A stretch of DNA of 64,000 bases, taken from positions 2,170,001-2,234,000 of the forward strand of contig OZ024748.1 in the NCBI GenBank assembly GCA_964016885.1, in the 5' to 3' direction. Below the pieces are notes generated by a model. The model did not search any database and was not told the origin of the DNA. It saw only the letters and a program-made list of their open reading frames with translations. How positions within the stretch are numbered: position 1 is the stretch's first letter; each line of letters opens with the position of its first letter. This DNA comes from Eledone cirrhosa (taxonomy: Eukaryota). This document shows positions 27,040 through 41,270 of the stretch, piece by piece. The translations under genes and the position numbers were made by a program.

Positions 27040-27565
27040 TTGCTGGATGCCCTTCCTAACACCAGTCACTTTACAGTGTGAACTGGGAGCATTTTATCAT
27101 GCCACCAGCACTACCACTTTACAGTGTGGACTGGGAGTATTTTATCATGCCACCAGCACTACCACTTTACAGTGTGGACTGGGAGCATTTTATCATGCCA
27201 CCAGCACTACCACTTTACAGTGTGAACTGGGAGCATTTTATCATGCCACCAGCACTACCACTTTACAGTGTGGACTGGGAGCATTTTATCATGCCACCAG
27301 CACTACCACTTTACAGTGTGGACTGGGAGCATTTTATCATGCCACCAGCACTACCACTTTACAGTGTGGACTGGGAGCATTTTATCATGCCACCAGCACT
27401 ACCACTTTACAGTGTGGACTGGGAGCATTTTATCATGCCACCAGCACTACCACTTTACAGTGTGGACTGGGAGTATTTTATCATGCCACCAGCACTACCA
27501 CTTTACAGTGTGGACTGGGAGCATTTTATCATGCCACCAGCACTACCACTTTACAGTGTGAACTG
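27040..27565. repeat. ~45-bp minisatellite grown from an RTE 3'-UTR/SINE tail segment
   Basis: CACTTTACAGTGTGGACTGGGAGCATTTTATCATGCCACCAGCACTAC-type units (about 11) directly follow GGATGCCCTTCCTAACACCA. Confidence 0.93.
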
Positions 27566-28636
27566 AGCAGGGTTCTAAGTTAAGAGGCAGGGAGCTTGCC
27601 ACAGTCAACAATGCAGTTCATCCTTCGAGGGCTGATAAAATCCACCTCCAGGGCCTTGTGTATGTATAAAACCCCACTATATTAGGACTACATGCTCTGT
27701 GAGCTCCTTAGAGGCAAAATAAATAAAAAATGACTTTGGCAAAATTTGAACATGATGGTTGATGAGGATTATGGTAGCGTTCAAACTATAGGCAGTAAAA
27801 CCAATACTTTGATCTCTGCCAACTTGTACTATATCTCTCCAATCAAATTATCTCAAGAAAAAATCAATATGTTCTTTTTTAAACTCGAAAGTTTACAAAA
27901 ATAAAACTGATTACCTGCTGAAAGATAAACCTTTATCTTGTTTGTCTTTCACTTTGACTAGAGGTGTACTGCTTGTGTGGTGTGTGTGGCTGTGTGTGTG
28001 TGTGTCTTTCCCTTAGATTGGAGGTGTTCTGCTATTGTGGTGTGTGTGGCTGTGTGTGTGACTGTGTGGCTGTGTGTGTGACTGAGGCTGTGTATGGCTG
28101 TGTCTTTCACTTAGACTGTAATGTAGAGTCTTGGAGATGTGTGTGATGTGTGTTTGTGTCTTACACTTAGACTGTGCCATATATTCTTGGAAGTGTGTGC
28201 AATGTTTATCTTGTGTCTTTCACTCACACACACACACTCACACTCACACACACACACACACACACTAATTGTAATAAAGTGTTTTTGTTCATCAAGAAAG
28301 AAATCCTAATAAGTTTGAGAAGAGGTAAAGCTAAGAAGAGGTAAGGAGATCTCAGTCTAAATGTGGAATAGTGTTGCTATTTTTAGTGAATTTCCTGTCA
28401 AATTAAGTAGTAAACAGTGACCAGTTGTGACTGTTGAAGGAAATAAATATTGGCTCTTTACCAGTTTCGAAGCAAGTCTCTTCCTTGTGTGAAATTGATG
28501 TGTGAGAATAGGAACTATGGAATTATATACTCCTAATATAATTGATTTGTTTCCACTAGATGTAAGTATTGTCCTGTAACTCCTGGTTAAGTCGTAGGGT
28601 GCTGTATTGACATATGGCATTTCTTGGCCATTTAAA

Positions 28637-29012
28637 CCCTTTAGCATTTACATTACTCTATATATACTGTTGTATTTTTATGGTAAAGGCTTTATCCCAC
28701 ATAATATCTAACATAATATCTCACATAATATCTCACATAATATCTCACATAATATCTCACATAATATCTCACATAATATCTCACATAATATCCCACATAA
28801 TATCCCACATAATATCTCACATAATATCTCACATAATATCTCACATAATATCTCACATAATATCTCACATAATATCGAATCTATGAGATTTTGATGTTAT
28901 TCATTTTGAGAACAATACCTTAACATAAGTACGAGTAGTAACTTATGACCGGTTTGAACAGAAAGAGTTGATAGAATTCTGGCCGGATATGACTGGTTTA
29001 AATGCTAAAGGG
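28637..29012 (+). mobile_element. piggyBac-like MITE with an internal 12-bp array (ATAATATCTCAC)n
   Basis: CCCTTTAGCATTTA / TAAATGCTAAAGGG-TTAA ends. Confidence 0.85.
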
Positions 29013-29114
29013 TTAAGCCTGATGAAGCCCATCCCTCTCCAGGCCTGAGCACAGCAGATTTCTTCCAGAGAAAAATAGAGAGTGAGAGAGAGGAAATGAG
29101 AAAGAGATATAGAG

Positions 29115-29240
29115 GAAGAATTGACACCAGTACTTGACTGGTACTTTCTTTTTTATCAACCCCGAAAAGATGAAAGGCAAAGTTGAACTCAGAGAGCAGA
29201 ACATTCTATCTGACATTCTAATGACTCTTCCAATTCACTG
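29115..29240 (-). mobile_element. family-A SINE, decayed
   Basis: GGTACTTT..ATCAACCCCGAAAAGATGAAAGGCAAAGTTGAACTCAG. Confidence 0.7.
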
Positions 29241-30429
29241 GCTAGGTACAGGACCATTATTTAGTAGAGGGGTGATCCAAAGAAAGTGAACTGACATACT
29301 GCTTTGCTTTAGCCAGTGTTTAGCTATAAACATCTATCATAATTTTATCTTTAAATCTTAGTTCACCCTTCCATTAACATTTTTCTAATGACATACTCTG
29401 TATCTGAATAAATTAATGAAGAATTCAAAGGGATTTACTAAAATTATTTAGGATAATGCTTGTAAAATAACTTAACAAAATGTTCTTATTATATATGTTG
29501 GAATATTTTAACTTAAATAGGAACTCTTTAAAAAGGGTGGTTTAGTTTCATAGAACCAGAGCTGGTTTTAAGTGAGTTGGTATCAATAGTTATATTCCAA
29601 ACTCCTGAAAACTAACAGAAAAGTTATTACTAAATTCCTTCCAAACTCTTGATTAATTTCAAAAGGATTTGAAAATCATCGGTAATGTTGTTTCCATTAA
29701 AAATATTAGTAAACAACGAAAGGGTTAAAGTAAAACTGCAAAGAATTCAGACTGAAAATCTGATGTCTCTACCATATTCTCATTCTTTTATTGTCCGTTA
29801 TTGATTTCTGTTGACTAAGCTGAAGGTCAGTTTTCACTTGCGGGTGGTGAGGCCTGGGTGGGATGGGAAGCAGGGGCGGGGGTAGTCATATAGTTATATA
29901 ATCAACTGTAGTGTTGTTGTTATTGTTATTGTTTAGCCCCAGGTAAGGCTTGACCCAGCAAACCTATGATCAAAAAACATTTCAATGCTGTTTATTCTGT
30001 AATTTTTTAATTAAAAAAAAATATATTTTCAGACATAGTGTATCTCGTTCCATAGAACTAGGTACCCTGCCATATCCCTGCCACATCTTGAAGATACAAC
30101 TAAAGTGTTCCCACCAGGAAGGACATCCTGCTGTAAAACCATTGTCTCAAAAATATCCCATCCAACCCATGCCAACATGGAAAAGTGGATGTAAAGACGA
30201 CGATGAAGTTGATGATGATTGTATCTATGAATACATTATCCAATGTGTACTTGTCCCCTCTTGATATAATATGATACAGTGTAGCTTGAGGGAAATTTGA
30301 CTATTATTTCTGGCATGTGGAGCTGGGACTAAACAGCAACAACAACAATAATAATAATAATAATATTCTCCAGCTCTGAAAACATTCTCTACACTACTTC
30401 CTAACAGTCATCTACATTTTGTCTCAATA

Positions 30430-31465
30430 CCACCACCACCAACACCACCACCAACCATTGCTACCACCATCACCACCACCACCACCAACACCACCACCAA
30501 CCATTGCTACCACCACCACCACCACCACCACTAACAACCATTGCTACCACCACCACCACCACCATCACTAACAACCACTGCTACCACCACCACCACCACC
30601 ACCAACAACCACTGCTACCACCATCACCACCACCACCACCACCACCAACAACCACTGCTACCACCATCATCACCACCACCACCACCACTAACAACCACTG
30701 CTACCACCACCACCACCAACCACTGCTACCACCATCACCACCACCACCACCACTACTAACAACCATTGCTACCACCATCACCACCACCACCACCACCACT
30801 AACAACCATCACCACCACCACCACCACTAACAACCATTGCTACCACCATCACCACCACCACTGCCACCACCACCTCCACCACTACCATCACCACAACTGA
30901 CACCAGCACCACCACCACCACCACCACCACTAACAACCACTGCCACCACCACCACCACCGCTAACAACCACTGCTACCCCCCCCCCCCCATACCAACCAC
31001 TGCCACCACCACCTCCACCACAACCATCACCACAACTGACACCAGCACCACCACCACCACCACCACCACTAACAACCACTGCCACCACCACCACCACCGC
31101 TAACAACCACTGCTACCCCCCCCCATACCAACCACTGCCACCACCACCTCCACCACAACCATCACCACAACTGACACCAGCACCACCACCACCACCACCA
31201 CCACTAACAACCACTGCCACCACCACCACCACCGCTAACAACCACTGCTACCCCCCCCCCATACCAACCACTGCCACCACCACCTCCACCACAACCATCA
31301 CCACAACTGACACCAGCACCACCACCACCACCACCACCACTAACAACCACTGCCACCACCACCACCACCGCTAACAACCACTGCTACCCCCCCCCCCATA
31401 CCAACCACTGCCACCACCACCTCCACCACTACCATCACCACAACTGTCACCACCACCACCACCAT
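30430..31465. repeat. (CAC)n-rich repeat with a ~137-bp higher-order unit (x4) from about 30900
   Basis: Recurring CTGCTAC(C)nATACCAACC and CAACTGACACCAGC landmarks. Confidence 0.9.
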
Positions 31466-31649
31466 AATCATTGTCTGTTTATTCACACATACATGCACAC
31501 ACACACATATAAACACACACATACACATATGTATACACACAAGCATGCACACATATATGTACACACACAAACTCTTACATACATATATACACTTGCATGC
31601 ACATTCTCACACACACATACATACACTTATATAATCACACAGACACATG

Positions 31650-31681
<32 letters not shown>

Positions 31682-31966
31682 CACATACATGCACATTCTC
31701 ACACACATACATACACTTATATAATCACACAGACACATGCACACACACACACACACATATATATATATACACATACATGCACATTCTCACACACATACAT
31801 ACACTTATATAATCACACAGACACATGCACACACACACACACACATATATATATATACACATACACTTACATGCACATTCTCACACATACACATACATAC
31901 ATACACTTATATAATCACACAGACACATGTACATTCACACACACATATACACACATACACTTACAT

Positions 31967-32037
<71 letters not shown>

Positions 32038-32284
32038 CACATACACTTACATGTACATTCACACACATTTCTAATAAACAGACAGTCAAGTGTTATTTAA
32101 AAGAGTCATGTTAGAAGATAGTAGCATGTTTAACAAAGTAAAGACTCTGAGTAAATACTTTCTCCTGTTTATACACTGGGAAGCTGGACTAATTGATTTG
32201 GCTTGTGTATATAACTGTATATATACTGTATATCTGTATGTAGTGTATGTATATGTGATTGTATGTATGTGTGTGTGTATGTAC

Positions 32285-32334
<50 letters not shown>

Positions 32335-32500
32335 GTATGTATGTATGTATGTATGTATGTATGTATGTATGTGTGTGTGTATGTATGTGTGTGTATGTAT
32401 GTATGTGTGTATGTGTATGTATGTGTGTATGTACGTATGTATATGTGATTGTTGTATATGTGATTGTTGTGTTTGTATGTGTGTATGGATGCATCTCTTA

Positions 32501-32531
<31 letters not shown>

Positions 32532-32703
32532 TTATATATATATATACATATATATATGATGGGTTAGACAGTAATATATATATATGTGTGTGTATGTGTG
32601 CTCATATATATGTGTGTGTATGTGTGCTTATATATATATATATAAGCACACACATGTACATGCACTCAATATATATGTGGAGAGTATAGGTTTTATTTCT
32701 TAA

Positions 32704-32886
32704 CCCTTGAGGATTTACATTACTCTATATATACTATTGTATTTTTCCCGGTAAAGGCTTCATCTCACATAGTATCGAATCAATGAGGGTACCTTAACAT
32801 AAGTATGAGTGGCCAGTTACAGCCGGTTTTAACAGAAAGAGGTGAGAGAATTCTGGCCAGATACAACCAGTTTAAATGCTAAAGAG
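32704..32886 (+). mobile_element. piggyBac-like MITE
   Basis: TTAACCC start; homologous to 15772-15988. Confidence 0.75.
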
Positions 32887-32899
32887 GTAAAGGAAATGG

Positions 32900-34072
32900 T
32901 GCTAAGTCAAAACCATCCAATGTGGGTGTCAGACTCTGCGAGGGTTGCCTCCTGTTACCTCTCGCCTTTATGATCTTCGTGAACAGGATTGCCATGCATG
33001 ACTGGGTTATAACTGGTATCAAGACGTGTGGGACCAGTTAGCTGGAATTGGAAGATGACATGATACTACTTAACTCATCAGAAAGTGATCATCAAGATGT
33101 ATTTGATAGGTTTAATGCTGCAAAGACTGATGCACTTGTCCTGTCAAGGAAGACTGAGCAGTGTACTCTACATCTGAGTGGAGTTCCAATGAAGCAGGTG
33201 AAGTATCTCAGGACTACTTTCATAAGTGATGGAAGGCAGGAGGCTGAATTAATTGCAGGAATTGCACAAGCTTGTGTAGTAATGTGCCAGCTTCAGTATT
33301 CAGTCATCAGAACTTGTTCTCTTCAATTTGGTGTTCATGCCTACCCTTACCTATGGTCACCCTTACCTATGGTCACCCTTACCTATGGTCACCCTTACCT
33401 ATGGTCACCTTTACCTATGGTCACGCTTACCTATTGTCATCTTTACCTATGGTCACCCTTACCTATGGTCACCTTTACCTATGGTCACCCTTACCTATGG
33501 TCACCCTTACCTATTGTCATCTTTACCTATGGTCACCCTTACCTATGGTCACCCTTACCTATGGTCACCTTTACCTATGGTCACCCTTACCTATGGTCAC
33601 CCTTACCTATGGTCACCCTTACCTATGGTCACCTTTACCTATGGTCACGCTTACCTATTGTCATCTTTACCTATGGTCACCCTTACCTATGGTCACCCTT
33701 ACCTATGGTCACCCTTACCTATGGTCACCCTTACCTATGGTCACCTTTACCTATGGTCACCCTTACCTATGGTCATGGGTAATAACCCAAAGAATATGAT
33801 AATGATACCAGTGGTCAAATGTGGTTCATCTGAAGGGTCTTGTGAGTAATGGTACTCAGTAAAATGAATAGCTTGGAGATGAGGGAGTTGCTTCAGGTAG
33901 AGCTGCTAATTATCTGAATTGAGATATCACAGCTCTGATACTACAGTCATGTGGTCAGAATGCCTTAGTAAAGAATCGGTGTACGGATTTTACAGGCAAA
34001 ACCAACTGGCTGTAGACCCAGGGGTAAATCACAAGCAACATGGTTGGATAACATCCAAGAGTTCAGTTGGTC
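32900..34072 (+). mobile_element. decayed RTE LINE, family 3, with an internal 16-bp tandem expansion
   Basis: EDDMILL..KYL..PTLTYGH..SQL*YYSHVVRMP..PTGCRPRG across frames; (CCCTTACCTATGGTCA)n at 33344-33775. Confidence 0.8.
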
Positions 34073-34107
34073 GATCTATCTATCTATCTATCAATCATTC
34101 TAGCTAC

Positions 34108-34151
<44 letters not shown>

Positions 34152-34159
34152 TGAGATCT

Positions 34160-35115
34160 ATGCATCTCTCTGTCGGCCGGGGGTGGGGGCGGGGTTGCTG
34201 TTTTGCTGCGAAAACACCTGGGCCTCATAACACAGACGGTACATTTGGACCCGGAGGGTCGACTGGTGGTCCTGGACGTTGACGGTAGTGAAGGTGGAGC
34301 GTTCAGGCTGGTGGCCGCATATGCCCCATCCGGGACACCGCGGCCAGACTTCTTCAAACGTCTAGAGACTTTTCTGGGAACGTCCCGCTCCTTGCTTTTA
34401 GTGGGGGACTGGAATGGAATGGAATCCTAGATGCACGTTGGGACTATGTGGGAGCATGTCCCGATAAAGGGGGGGGTGTAACAGCCTCAAACAGTTAATC
34501 GACCGATTTGACCTGGCCGATAGATATCGACTGGATTTTCAGACTGCGCCACTGTGGACGTGGAGTAATTTCAGCGGAACATCTAGATCGTACCTAGATA
34601 GGGTTCTAGTTAGAAATAAGGATAGGGACATATTAAGCTGTCCACAAATGTTCATGGTTGCCTATTCAGATCACAAACTAGTGACCTGCATGGCCAACCT
34701 TGATAGAACCCATAGACAAGGACCTGGCTACTGGAAGCTGAACTTGTCGTTACCGACAAGCAAAGTCTACAGTAGACGGATTAGCACTTTAGTTAAACAA
34801 CACTTGACAGGGGCCATTGTCAACAACAGATGGTGGTACTCTCTCAAGAGGGCAGTTAGATTAGACTCGTTAGTTTTTAGTAAAGAATTAGCGTTAGATA
34901 GAAATAGAACCGAGAAGGAACTGGTAGATAAAGTAGAAAAGGCAATTAGAAGTGGCAACGTAGCCAGCGTGCTAGCAACGAGAACAGCCTTGGACCAGTT
35001 CTTCGACGCAACGCACGAGGGCTGCGTTGTCAGAAGCAAAATACGTGCTCTGGGAAACGAGGGAGCCAAAGCTGTTAGCTGGGCCCGAGTGACGGAGGCA
35101 AAAAGTGGCAACAAT
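34160..35115 (+). mobile_element. L1/Tx1-clade LINE ORF2 fragment (APE endonuclease), disrupted
   Basis: GRLVVLD..AYAP..LLVGDWN; SRSYLDRVLV; YSDH..GPGYWKLN motifs, with frameshifts and stops. Confidence 0.88.
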
Positions 35116-35916
35116 GTGTGCCACTATTAGTCGTAGTAGTAGTAGTAAATGTAGAAAGAAGATTAAAGCCCAAACCTATTGAAATATAGTGTTGATGTAA
35201 ATACTGAAAAATCTGTTATCTCTAAACTGATGATCTTAATAGTTTGAAACACTGATTGACCGATTGATCTGTAATGTTGTCTTAGAGTCTTAGATTCTAA
35301 GTTCTAAATGTATCCTACTATAAAAATGGAATGACCATTCTTAGAATACTGAATTAATAATTCTTTGTTTAAACAGCTTTGGTTATTTGTAGAATATCGA
35401 TTGAATAATCAAAGAATTTAATCAATTTAGCAGTCAAATATCCTTCGTCTTCAGTCATGGTTGACTGGTCAAGAAGTCTACTTTATAAATGATATATAGT
35501 TTTGGGTTTGATTGCGCTAAACAGTACTTTGAGAAAGTGTCTCCTACCATAGCATTGGGTCTATCAAAGACTTTTGAGCAGTGTCAGATTAACCATTGTG
35601 CTTACGTGTGCACAGGGCCCCTTTGGCCTTGGGGGCATCTTCCTGCACCCAAAAATGTTAATCATGAATTTCTCAAATGTTTGGGGCCTCATAACTTAAC
35701 TATCACAGGGCCTGATTTGACATAATTTCAGCACTACTTGTGAGTAAAACTTGATAGAGTGGGTAATATGAAAGAATCGGGTCCCCAGCAGCTCCAGTTC
35801 GGATCTAGCTCTTTAAACAGCAGGAGCTCAGCCATTGGGGTCCCAAATCCTTCATATATTTACATATATATATATTCAACAGAGTGTTGTAGTATGCTTG
35901 AAGCATTGTTGAAGAG

Positions 35917-36101
35917 GAAACACAAATTTAAATAATTTTGAAAACCATACACTGCACTAGAAAGAAAATCAAGATTGCTAAGATTTAAAAAAATTTTACC
36001 ATAGCAAATTTCCTATGGTAAGATTCTTTTGTTATCTTAGCAAACTTGATTTTCTTTCTAGTGCAGTGTATAGTTTTCAAAATTATTTAAATTTGTGTTT
36101 C
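35917..36101. repeat. near-perfect palindrome with ~92-bp arms
   Basis: GAAACACAAATTTAAATAATTTTGAAAA... is mirrored by ...TTTTCAAAATTATTTAAATTTGTGTTTC. Confidence 0.92.
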
Positions 36102-36173
36102 AGATATATATTTATTTATTTTAGATTCTTTCTACTAAACCGTTACAAGAAGCTAAGAATTAATATGTTCTTT

Positions 36174-36361
36174 GTTTCTACTTTTAGCACAAGGCCAGCA
36201 ATTATCCAGTGCATTACTGGTACTTTATTTTATCGACCCCATAAGGATGAAAGGCAAAGTTAACGTTGGCGGGATTTGAACTCAGAATGGAAAGGGCCGT
36301 AACTCTATGCGTCAAAGCATGGCGTCCGACCCTCTACCGATACTGCCAATCCACCACCCTT
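36174..36361 (-). mobile_element. family-A SINE, full length, with 20-bp TSD
   Basis: TSD TAAGAATTAATATGTTCTTT at 36154-36173 and 36362-36381. Confidence 0.92.
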
Positions 36362-36392
36362 TAAGAATTAATATGTTCTTTAAATATTTCCA

Positions 36393-36592
36393 TTATATAA
36401 TATATATAAATGTATTATTTTCTTTGTATTTTCAGTACCAACACAAGCCGTGGTATTTATTATAATATATATAAATGTATTATTTTTCTTTGTATTTTCA
36501 GTACCAACACAAGCCGTGGTATTTATTATAATATATATAAATGTATTATTTTTCTTTGTATTTTCAGTACCAACACAAGCTGTGGTATTTAT
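36393..36592. repeat. 66-bp tandem repeat x3
   Basis: CAGTACCAACACAAGC(C/T)GTGGTATTTAT recurs. Confidence 0.9.
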
Positions 36593-36741
36593 GGTAGTTG
36601 TTGCAGCATGCTTAATTTTCCTTATTTTATTGTACATATTCCTTGAAAAGAAAACATGTTTTGCTGGCCTGAAGATGTTAAAAGGTAATAAACAATCAGC
36701 AATTTATATTAACCACTTATTATCTTTTTTAAGGTAATATC

Positions 36742-36935
36742 AACATCATCATCATCATCATCTTCTACCGTCTATCTTCCATGCTAGCATGGGTTAGACG
36801 GGAATTGTCCCACTTGAGATAAGATTGGTCGGGTGACCATGTCTCGCTCGTATAGGACTGTCTGGCAGGTTTTCTATGGCTGGATGCCCTTCCTAAAACC
36901 AACCACATTACAGAGTGGTCTGTGTGTGTTTTTTT
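36742..36935 (-). mobile_element. RTE family-1 3' UTR fragment
   Basis: Matches 20871-21050. Confidence 0.8.
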
Positions 36936-37499
36936 AATACTAACAGCAATTTATACTAACCACATATTTTTTAGTATCTATAACTGAACACACAAAAAAA
37001 TTATGCTTTAAATTGTTTGTCTTTCAAGAAATTCTCATTGATTTTGAAGTAATTTGTAGAAAAGTGTCATAATTTCCAGACTTCTGTTTTGTTTTGCTAT
37101 TTAAAACCATTTCATAATTAATTTGATAATTTTTGTCTAATTTTGTAAAAAGAAAAACTACAAAAACAACAGATATTTATTGTTAACTTATTAATAATCT
37201 AATACAACAGATATTTATTGTTAACTTATTAATAATCTGATAGTTTTCCTGTTCCTTGATTTCTATTTGATATATAAACTCTCTCTTATATATAGACTGT
37301 CTCTTATATATTAGATATATAAACTGTCTTATATATTTGATATATAAACTATCTTGTTTATTTGATATATAAACTATCTCTTAATATAAACTCTCTCTTA
37401 TATATTTGATATATAAACTGTCTTATATATTTTTGACATATAAACTGTCTCTCATATATTTGATATATAAACTCTCTCATATATTTGATATGCTGTATA

Positions 37500-38650
37500 G
37501 AAAAAGTATAAAATGTGTGTATATAAAAAATGTTTGTATAGAAAAAATATAAAATGTAGTATATATAAAATATATAAAACGTGTATATATAATATATATA
37601 TAATGTGTGTAAATATTTATAATGTGTGAAAATATATATAAAATGTGTATAGAAAATGTGCATATATAAAATATATATAAAATGTATGTATATAAAATAT
37701 GTAAAATATGTGTATATAAACTATATATAAAATGTGTGTATATAAAATATATATAAAATGTGTGTATATAAAATATATATAAAATATGTAAAATGTGTAT
37801 ATATAAACTATATAGAATGTGTATATATAAAATATATAGAATGTGTATATATAAACTATATAGAATTTGTATATATAAAGTATATAAGATATGTATATAT
37901 AAACTATATAAAATATGTATATATAAAGTATATAAGATATGTATATATAAAGTATATAAGATATGTATATATAAAGTATATAAGATATGTATATATAAAG
38001 TATATAAGATATGTATATATAAAGTATATAAGATATGTATATATAAAGTATATAAGATATGTATATATAAAGTATATAAGATATGTATATATAAACTATA
38101 TAAAATATGTATATATAAAGTATATAAGATATGTATATATAAACTATATAAAATATGTATATATAAAGTATATAAGATATGTATATATAAAGTATATAAG
38201 ATATGTATATATAAAGTATATAAGATATGTATATATAAAGTATATAAGATATGTATATATAAAGTATATAGAATATGTATATATAAACTATATAAGATAT
38301 GTATATATAAAGTATATAAGATATGTATATATAAAGTATATAAGATATGTATATATAAAGTATATAAGATATGTATATATAAAGTATATAAGATATGTAT
38401 ATATAAAGTATATAAGATGTATATATAAAGTATATAAGATATGTATATATAAAGTATATAAGATGTATATATAAAGTATATAAGATATGTATATATAAAG
38501 TATATAAGATATGTATATATAAAGTATATAAGATATGTATATATAAAGTATATAAGATATGTATATATAAAGTATATAAGATATGTATATATAAAGTATA
38601 TAAGATGTATATATAAAGTATATAAGATAATGTATATATAAAGTATATAG
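37500..38650. repeat. AT-rich 24-bp minisatellite (GTATATATAAAGTATATAAGATAT)n with a degenerate left flank
   Basis: Visible directly. Confidence 0.93.
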
Positions 38651-39273
38651 AATCATATGCCTCTACACTGACCCACTTCAGTTTTCCAGATCTACTGAAC
38701 CACAGTATTATTATACAGTTATGCAAGTCACTGATTAATTAAAATAGAGAACTAATTTAACTATTCACATTAGTTATATAGATTGTGTCTGGAGATTTGA
38801 ATGGTTTTGACTCAGTGAAAAAAAAAATGTTTTTGTAATGTTTTCTAAAATGTTGTTCTTCTATATAATAACTACCAAATTTATATGTTATATCCGGACA
38901 AGTTATTGATTTGGCAAGAATTCAAGTCAAAAACAAATGTAAGACACCAAAGTTTAACTGGGCTAAATAAATGCCAACTTTTCATTTTAAAATGTCCCCA
39001 CACATTGAGTCAGTAAGCCAGATAAAAAAAAAAAAATGTATTCCATAGAAATATATATTTAACCCTTTCGTTATATTTATAACTGAAAGACATTACTTAT
39101 GATTTTCAAATGATAAACTTTCTCATTGATCTGGTGTTTTGGTCACTCTCCGACAAGTTTGCCGTCGATCCTGCAGATACGAACAGTCTCGTAAAGAAAA
39201 AAGATTTGAAAAAGTACTTTTTTCTTTAAGAATTTATAGTCATTAGCTTTACAGTATTTAAATTCATTATTAC

Positions 39274-39500
39274 ATGGCAGAATCGGTAGAGGGTCGGACG
39301 CCATGTTAGGGTGGTGGATTGGCAGAATCGGTAGAGGGTCGGACGCCATGCTTTGCAGCAAAGAGTTACGGCCCTTTATGATCTGACTTCAAATCCCGCC
39401 AAGGTTAACTTTGCCTTTCATCCTTACGAGGTCGATAAAATAAAGTACCAGTAATACACTGGGATAATTGCAGGTCTTGTGCCAAAAGTAGAAACAATTA
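39274..39500 (+). mobile_element. family-A SINE with a duplicated head
   Basis: TGGCAGAATCGGTAGAGGGTCGGACGCCATG occurs twice. Confidence 0.88.
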
Positions 39501-39527
39501 TTCCATACTATATATACCTCTATATAC

Positions 39528-39561
<34 letters not shown>

Positions 39562-39612
39562 GATATATATATATATATATATATATAGATATATAGATAT
39601 ATAGATATATAT

Positions 39613-39785
39613 AGGAAAAGAGTGAGGGCCCCGACGGCTGAGCTCCGGCTATTTCGACAGCTGGGAACGGCCGGAGCTCCGCCATTGGGGTCATACTTTT
39701 TCCTATTTCCCACTCTACTACCCGAAGTATTGAGTACTCTGGTGTGTTATGGTCCACCTGGTTCCTTACCTCACTTTCTTTGTTA
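39613..39785. mobile_element. unclassified hairpin-bearing repeat embedded in (TA)n (also at 1-36, 20110-20272, 35735-35852, 61780-61977)
   Basis: Shared ATGGTCCACCTGGTTCCTTACC segment and/or GAGCTC-containing hairpin. Confidence 0.7.
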
Positions 39786-40628
39786 TATATATATACACAT
39801 ATATATATATACACACATATATATATACACATATATATATATACACATATATATATATACACACATATATATATACACACATATATATATACACACATAT
39901 ATATATACACACATATATATATACACATATATATATATACACATATATATATATATACACATATATATATATACACATATATATATATACACACATATAT
40001 ATATACACATATATATATATACACATATATATATATACACACATATATATATACACACATATATATATACACATATATATATATACACACATATATATAT
40101 ACACACATATATATATACACATATATATATATACACATATATATATATACACACATATATATATACACATATATATATACACATATATATATATACACAC
40201 ATATATATATACACATATATATATATACACACATATATATACACACATATATATATACACATATATATATATATACACATATATATATATACACATATAT
40301 ATATATACACACATATATATATACACATATATATATATACACATATATATATATACACACATATATATATACACATATATATATATACACATATATATAT
40401 ATACACACATATATATATACACATATATATATATACACATATATATATATACACATATATATATATACACATATATATATATACACATATATATATACAC
40501 ACATATATATATACACATATATATATATACACACATATATATATACACATATATATATATACACATATATATATATACACATATATATATATACACACAT
40601 ATATATATACACATATATATATATACAC

Positions 40629-40659
<31 letters not shown>

Positions 40660-40807
40660 CACACATATATATATACACATATATATATATACACATATAT
40701 ATATATACACATATATATATATACACACATATATATACACACATATATATATATACACATATATATATATACACATATATATATATACACATATATATAT
40801 ATACACA
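39786..40807. repeat. (TA)n(CA)m compound microsatellite
   Basis: Visible directly. Confidence 0.97.
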
Positions 40808-41270
40808 CTAGGCAGACCCAGAAAAACCTGGGACGACTTGATAAATTCCGACCTCACACACTTACACCTCTCCAAGACAATGTCACTGGACCGAGATCTT
40901 TGGCGGTACACAGTAATATAGAAGACCCGCCTTGCCTAAGTGCAAAGCGAAACCTACAGTCAGTAGGCACCTCTTAACCAAAATACACCCCCGTCCCACT
41001 ACCCCCACCCATCCACACCACCCCCTTAAATGTGAAGTTATGTTGGTACCACAACATCCAGTCCTAAATAAATGAGGTCGTGTAGGTGTCACGACAAAAC
41101 ACACAGTCCACGCTGTAAACGTGGTTGGTGTTAGGAAGGGCATCCAACCGTAGAAAACCTGCCAGACAGTCCTATATGAGCAAGACAACCAATCTTGCCT
41201 CAAGTGGGTCAATTCCCGTCCAAACCCATGCTAGCGTGGAAGATTGACGTTAAACGATGATGATGATGAT
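40808..41270 (+). mobile_element. RTE family-1 3' end
   Basis: [32 protein letters not shown], nearly identical to the copy at 21250-21420; (GAT)n tail. Confidence 0.92.

Noticed and set aside
12185-27565. Regular repeat arrays as CRISPR
   Set aside because: Units are head-to-tail with no unique spacers, there are no cas genes, and the context is eukaryotic.
35227-35260. CTGATGA..GAAACACTG
   Set aside because: Helices are too poor to support a ribozyme call.
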